Both the position numbers and the translations under genes were made by a program. The notes under the pieces were generated by a model that saw only the letters and a list, made by a program, of their open reading frames with translations, made no database searches and was not told where the DNA came from. From the human T2T-CHM13v2.0 reference genome, Homo sapiens: 64,000 bases of DNA. The stretch lies in the NCBI RefSeq assembly GCF_009914755.1, contig NC_060927.1. The stretch is one strand, 5' to 3'. Position 1 is the first letter of the stretch, and each line of letters starts with the position of its first letter. Positions 63,927-64,000 of this stretch are shown piece after piece.

Positions 63927-64000
63927 TTTTTTTTTTTTTTTTTTTGAGACAGAGTCTTACTCTTGTTGCCCGGGCTGAAGTACAATGACACGATCTTGGC
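63927..64000 (-). mobile_element. Alu 3' end (truncated by window edge)
   Basis: Poly(T) then gagacagagtcttactcttgttgcccggg. Confidence 0.85.

Overview
Human genomic DNA from 3p21.31 (from memory roughly GRCh38 chr3:49.63-49.70 Mb; probably not the reference haplotype). It contains four genes. (1) The 3' part of BSN (Bassoon, + strand): coding exons 3-10 including a 6,654-nt exon 5, two further exons after the stop codon, and a ~4-kb 3'UTR. (2) The complete 22-exon APEH (+, 732 aa). (3) The complete 18-exon MST1/MSP (-, 711/725 aa), tail-to-tail with APEH. (4) The 5' end of RNF123 (+), head-to-head with MST1. I checked the exon boundaries by hand for splice dinucleotides and frame continuity; the APEH (2,199 nt) and MST1 (2,178 nt) CDS lengths close exactly. 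Introns carry Alu, L1, L2, MIR and MER3 remnants. I see no unknown gene, CRISPR-like array or foreign insert. The best leads are regulatory: exon junctions 14 and 104 nt downstream of the BSN stop codon (a predicted natural NMD substrate); alternative BSN polyadenylation that splits neuronal miRNA/RBP sites; an inverted repeat with CATAAA on both strands at the APEH/MST1 junction; a (CTCACG)7 XRE-core array upstream of APEH; a second cluster of LC8-type QT motifs in Bassoon; a GC-AG intron in MST1; overlapping uORFs in RNF123; and an apparent RNF123 E32G allele.
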